Assembly (NCBI GenBank): GCA_035639215.1
Contig: DASQYN010000028.1
Location: 1-30,147 of the forward strand
Direction of reading: 5' to 3'
From: Burkholderiales bacterium
GTDB taxonomy: Bacteria; Pseudomonadota; Gammaproteobacteria; Burkholderiales; SG8-39
Length of the DNA: 30,147 nt
Part shown: positions 26,533-30,147 of the stretch, piece after piece
Numbering within the stretch: the first letter of the stretch is position 1
Layout of the letters: every line of letters starts with the position of its first letter
Translations under genes and position numbers: made by a program
Notes under the pieces: generated by a model
Seen by the model: the letters and a program-made list of their open reading frames with translations, nothing else
Told to the model about the DNA's origin: nothing
Database searches by the model: none

Positions 26533-26814
26533 TTACCACCTTTTGGTCTTGAGGTTATGCACGTGCAGATGCTCGCCCTTGGCGATCGGCTGCACCACCT
26601 TGCCGATGTCGACGCCGTACTTGATCACCGTGTCGCCCGGCTTGTAGTCGCGCAGGGCGACCTTGTGGCCGATCGGAATGTCGCTCTTCGCGAGCACCTG
26701 GAGGTCCTTGTCGTCCTCCATGATCCAGCCCGACAGAGGCTGGCCGGCCTTCACACCTTCGACGACGACCACGCCGACGCCGTCGCCTTCCTCGTGCACT
26801 ACGAAATGAATCAC
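26533..26814 (-). CDS. suyA: (2R)-sulfolactate sulfo-lyase alpha subunit (SAF domain, 93 aa)
   Basis: FVVH...[26 protein letters not shown] and [10 protein letters not shown] motifs. Confidence 0.88.
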   Translation of the reverse strand: MIHFVVHEEGDGVGVVVVEGVKAGQPLSGWIMEDDKDLQVLAKSDIPIGHKVALRDYKPGDTVIKYGVDIGKVVQPIAKGEHLHVHNLKTKRW

Positions 26815-26849
26815 CGCTGGCTCCGCTGAGCAAAAACGTGGGAAGCGGC

Positions 26850-26856
26850 TATTCTA
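26850..26856. promoter_or_regulatory. Putative overlapping -10 elements between suyA and the sulfatase
   Basis: TAGAAT (minus, 26856-26851) overlaps TATTCT (plus, 26850-26855), the same arrangement as at 12046-12055. Confidence 0.45.
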
Positions 26857-26917
26857 TTCGCCCGCAGGCCGCCTAGAGGATCTCGAGCTCTTCGATAGGC
26901 GGTCCTGGTATAGAGCG

Positions 26918-28300
26918 ATGAAAAAACCCAATTTTCTGGTCATCCTGATCGACGACCTGCGCTTCGACGAATTCGGCGCCGGCGGCCATCCGTACATGAA
27001 GACGCCGCACATCGACCGTATCGCGCGCGAAGGCGCGCTCTTCGAGCGGGCCTTCCATACCACGCCGATCTGCTCGCCGAACCGCGCCTCGATCATGACC
27101 GGGCAGTACGCGAGCCGGCACGGCATCATCGACAACGTGGCGCGCGACGCGATGAGCCACCGCCTGCCGAACTACCACCGCGTGCTGCAGGAGCTAGGCT
27201 ACGAGACCGCGCACGTCGGCAAGTGGCACATGGGCAACGACGGTCGGCCGCGTCCCGGCTACGACCATTGGATCTCCTTCGACGGCCACGGCCGCCTGCA
27301 GGATCCGAAGCTCAACATCAACGGCACCTACGAGCAGAAGAGCGGGTACATCACCGACCTGCTGAACGACTACGCGCTCGAGTTCCTGGCGCGCAAGCGG
27401 GCGAAGCCCTTCTCGCTCTTTCTCGCGCACAAGGCCGTCCATCCCGATGCCGAGCAGGCGGCCGACGGCACCCTCGACCTCGTCGGCTATGTCCCGGCCG
27501 AGCGGCACAAGGACCTCTACCGGGGCTGCCGCTTCCCGAAGCTGCCGAACATGCTGCCGCCGGAGAAGGTGGCGAAGCAGAAGCCCGCCTGGGCCGAAGC
27601 CTTCGAGCTCAAGCGCTCCGAGCGCTCGCGCCGGCTCCTCGAGCCGATCCACGCCGGCAGCCAGGAGGAGATCCGCTTGCGCGCCGCGATGATGGCCTCT
27701 GTCGACGAAGGTGTCGGTCGGATCTTCGAGCGGCTCGAGCGCTCGGGTGAGCTCGACCGCACGCTCGTCCTTTTCCTCGGCGACAACGGCTACTTCTTCG
27801 GCGAGCATGGATTGGGACCGGAGCGGCGCTTCGCCTACGAAGCCGGCATACGCTCGCCATTCGCCGTTCGTTTTCCACGACTCATCAGGAAACCGCGCAA
27901 ACCCCGAAACCTCGTGATCTGCCAAGACATCGCTCCCACGCTGATCGAGCTCGCCGGCGGCAAGCCGGGGCCGCAGATCCAGGGCCGCTCGCTCGTTCCC
28001 GTTCTGCGCGGCAAGAAGCCGCGTGACTGGCGGAAGTCGATCCTCATCGAGTACTGGGCCGAGCAGGCGATGCCGTGGCTCGTCGGCATGACCTATAAGG
28101 CCATCCGCACCGACCGCTACAAATACATCCACTGGGTCAACCGCGGCCGTGCTGGTGAGCTCGACGAACTTTACGACCTCGAGAAGGACCCGTGGGAGCT
28201 GAAGAACCTGAACGCCAGCCCGGCACATCGGCGAGTCCGGGCCAAGCTGAAGAACGAGCTACGCCGCCTCGTTAGCGATGCGGTGAGCCTGAAGCTCTAG
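26918..28300 (+). CDS. Cys-type formylglycine-dependent sulfatase, no signal peptide
   Basis: N-terminal DD, CSPNRASIMTG (CxPxR), GKWH, GDNGY..GEH and ELYDLEKDPWE motifs. Confidence 0.95.
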   Translation: MKKPNFLVILIDDLRFDEFGAGGHPYMKTPHIDRIAREGALFERAFHTTPICSPNRASIMTGQYASRHGIIDNVARDAMSHRLPNYHRVLQELGYETAHVGKWHMGNDGRPRPGYDHWISFDGHGRLQDPKLNINGTYEQKSGYITDLLNDYALEFLARKRAKPFSLFLAHKAVHPDAEQAADGTLDLVGYVPAERHKDLYRGCRFPKLPNMLPPEKVAKQKPAWAEAFELKRSERSRRLLEPIHAGSQEEIRLRAAMMASVDEGVGRIFERLERSGELDRTLVLFLGDNGYFFGEHGLGPERRFAYEAGIRSPFAVRFPRLIRKPRKPRNLVICQDIAPTLIELAGGKPGPQIQGRSLVPVLRGKKPRDWRKSILIEYWAEQAMPWLVGMTYKAIRTDRYKYIHWVNRGRAGELDELYDLEKDPWELKNLNASPAHRRVRAKLKNELRRLVSDAVSLKL

Positions 28301-28644
28301 CGGCAGCGGAGATTGCCTGAGTCGGCGATCGGCTGGGTGCAGTCCTGCTCGTTCACCGTGCGCGTCGGGTCCATCGCCGGCGCCGGGCGGCCCCAGAACC
28401 AGCCCGAGAAGCTCCCGTAACCGGAAGGCTGCGGATCGCTCGCCTGCTGTGCCACGCCCACCGCAATCCCAGTGACGACAATCGCGGCCGCCGCGCCGCC
28501 GGTCGCGTGCACCTGCAATCCGGCGCCACTGCTGACGATCGTGGATCCGCTCGGCGCGGCGCCCGTGCCCGTGTTCAGGGACACCGAGGTATGTGCGCAA
28601 GCGCTGAGCACGAGCGAGAGAAATATGAGCGTTCGACCAAGCAC
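28297..28644 (-). CDS. Hypothetical small lipoprotein (115 aa)
   Basis: Lipobox LSAC after RTLIFLSLV. Gly/Ser/Ala-rich body and a C-terminal Cys pair (EQDCTQPIADSGNLRCR). GTG start at 28644. Confidence 0.6.
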   Translation of the reverse strand: MLGRTLIFLSLVLSACAHTSVSLNTGTGAAPSGSTIVSSGAGLQVHATGGAAAAIVVTGIAVGVAQQASDPQPSGYGSFSGWFWGRPAPAMDPTRTVNEQDCTQPIADSGNLRCR

Positions 28645-28670
28645 GGGTGAATTGCGATCCTGACCCCGAA

Positions 28671-29606
28671 TTATCCGCAGGCGCGGCGCAAGCGATCGAG
28701 AACTGCTGCCCATTCCGGCGCATCGGGCGGCGATTCGATGAGGATCGCCTCGCAGCCGGCGCCGTCGAGCTCGCGAAGCGCGGCGTAAAGGCGCTGCGCG
28801 AAGGCCTGCGGCTCGCGGGGCACGCGCAGCCAGAAGTCGACGCGCTCGTCGGGGCGCGAGAACGCAAGCACCGCAACTTTGTTACCCAGTTTGGCGATCT
28901 CGCGATCGAGCTCGTGCGTGGCCACCAGTCGCGCCGGCGTTTTCGGCGCGTAGTGCCGCTCGAGTCCCCCGGAGTGTCTTGGAGACGCTCGTCCCTTTTC
29001 GCCGATCGATGCGCCAAGCACCGATTCCAGGTGGGCCTTGGTAAGGTGTCCCGGCCGCAGCAGTACCGGCGAGCCGCTCGAGAAATCGACGATGGTCGAC
29101 TCGATGCCGACCTCGCTCGGGCCGCCTTCGAGCACCAGGTCGACGTCCTTGCCGAGGTCCTCGCGCACGTGCGCCGCCGTGGTCGGCGAGACGTGGCCGA
29201 AGCGGTTGGCGGAAGGCGCCGCCACGCCGTTCCCGAAAGCAAGAAGCAGCTGATGAGCGACCGGATGGGAAGGAATGCGCAGCCCCACGTTCTCCTGCCC
29301 GCCGGTGACGAAGCCGTGAGCGAGCGGCGAGCGCTTGAGGATCAGCGTCAGCGGGCCAGGCCAGAAGCGCCGGGCGAGCGTTTGGGCGCCGGCCGGCACT
29401 TCGCGCGCCCAGCGGAACGCCTCGTCCGCCGAGGCGAAATGCACGATCACCGGATGCTCGGCCGGCCGGCGCTTCACTGCGTAGAGGCGCTTGATCGCGG
29501 CCGGATTCGAGGCGTCCGCGCCGAGCCCGTAAACCGTCTCGGTGGGAAAAGCGACGAGGCCGCCGCGCCGGAGGATCTCCGCGGCACGACGGACCTCGGC
29601 ATTCAC
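28671..29606 (-). CDS. sua5: L-threonylcarbamoyladenylate synthase, Sua5 type (YrdC plus SUA5 domains, 311 aa)
   Basis: [39 protein letters not shown] and G.LERHYAP motifs. GTGA overlap with purE. Confidence 0.95.
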   Translation of the reverse strand: MNAEVRRAAEILRRGGLVAFPTETVYGLGADASNPAAIKRLYAVKRRPAEHPVIVHFASADEAFRWAREVPAGAQTLARRFWPGPLTLILKRSPLAHGFVTGGQENVGLRIPSHPVAHQLLLAFGNGVAAPSANRFGHVSPTTAAHVREDLGKDVDLVLEGGPSEVGIESTIVDFSSGSPVLLRPGHLTKAHLESVLGASIGEKGRASPRHSGGLERHYAPKTPARLVATHELDREIAKLGNKVAVLAFSRPDERVDFWLRVPREPQAFAQRLYAALRELDGAGCEAILIESPPDAPEWAAVLDRLRRACG

Positions 29607-30082
29607 AGCTTGAGCGGCTCGGCCTTGAGGACCGCTTCGGTCTGCTTGTGGCGGAACTCGGCGAGCTTCTTCGCGTATTTCTCGTGCGAGAGCGCGAGCA
29701 GCGCGACCGCGAACAGCGCGGCATTGGCGGCGCCCGCTTCGCCGATGGCGAAGGTGGCGACCGGGATGCCCTTCGGCATCTGCACCGTGGAGAGCAGCGA
29801 GTCGAGCCCCTGCAGGTGCTTGGATGGCATGGGCACGCCGAGCACCGGCAGCGTGGTGTGCGCGGCGACGACGCCGGCAAGGTGCGCGGCGCCGCCCGCC
29901 GCGGCGATGATCGCCTTCATGCCGTTGCGGTCGGCCGCCGCGGCCCATTCGGCTACCGCGTGCGGCGTGCGGTGCGCCGACATCGCCTTCGCTTCGAAGG
30001 GAACGCCGAATTCCTGCAGCATCTTCGCCGCCGCCTTCATCGTCTCCCAGTCCGACGACGACCCCATCACGATGCCAATCAC
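29603..30082 (-). CDS. purE: N5-carboxyaminoimidazole ribonucleotide mutase (class I PurE)
   Basis: [42 protein letters not shown] and NAAL motifs. Confidence 0.98.
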   Translation of the reverse strand: MIGIVMGSSSDWETMKAAAKMLQEFGVPFEAKAMSAHRTPHAVAEWAAAADRNGMKAIIAAAGGAAHLAGVVAAHTTLPVLGVPMPSKHLQGLDSLLSTVQMPKGIPVATFAIGEAGAANAALFAVALLALSHEKYAKKLAEFRHKQTEAVLKAEPLKL

Positions 30083-30147
30083 GCGATCTTCCTCCCGGTA
30101 AGCCGCTCGAGCGCCTCTCGATATTTCTGCGACGTCCTGGTGATGAC
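30079..30147 (-). CDS. purC: 3' end of SAICAR synthetase (partial, runs off the window)
   Basis: [22 protein letters not shown] matches the PurC C-terminal helix. GTGA overlap with purE. Confidence 0.75.
   Translation of the reverse strand, partial: VITRTSQKYREALERLTGRKIA

Noticed and set aside
25346-26814. Altronate or galactarate dehydratase (UxaA/GarD)
   Set aside because: The split small SAF plus large subunit layout, SuyAB-type motifs and the coupled sulfite oxidase favour sulfo-lyase.

Overview
A GC-rich, very compact chromosomal window. Gene content and order suggest a betaproteobacterium (Burkholderiales-like); this is an inference. The left third is housekeeping: orphan ParA, tRNA-Ile2(CAT), a DsbA/HCCA-isomerase-family gene, rpsU-yqeY-dnaG-rpoD, tsaD, plsY, folB, a Bug protein, ybaK, xerD and ogt. 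The right end is purC(partial)-purE-sua5, with no purK. Between them (about 11.0-28.3 kb) is an organosulfur catabolic region. It encodes SuyAB-like sulfolactate sulfo-lyase, a cytoplasmic Mo sulfite-oxidase-family enzyme, ComDE-like sulfopyruvate decarboxylase, a ComC-like Ldh2 dehydrogenase, TAXI-TRAP and Bug transport proteins, and a sulfatase. Interleaved with these are a non-canonical four-subunit succinate dehydrogenase/fumarate reductase-like complex and a two-subunit fumarase-like hydro-lyase. The main hypothesis is a sulfonate copy of the succinate-fumarate-malate-oxaloacetate arm of the TCA cycle: 3-sulfopropionate <-> 3-sulfoacrylate <-> (R)-3-sulfolactate <-> 3-sulfopyruvate, followed by desulfonation and sulfite oxidation. 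Other observations: three probable non-canonical start codons (ATC, CTG, CTG), several tiny bidirectional or leaderless promoters, a 52-aa ORF missing from the ORF track, and a small Cro-like HTH gene. All calls come from motif recognition and recalled family knowledge; no database search was run. No CRISPR array, rRNA or transposase was seen.
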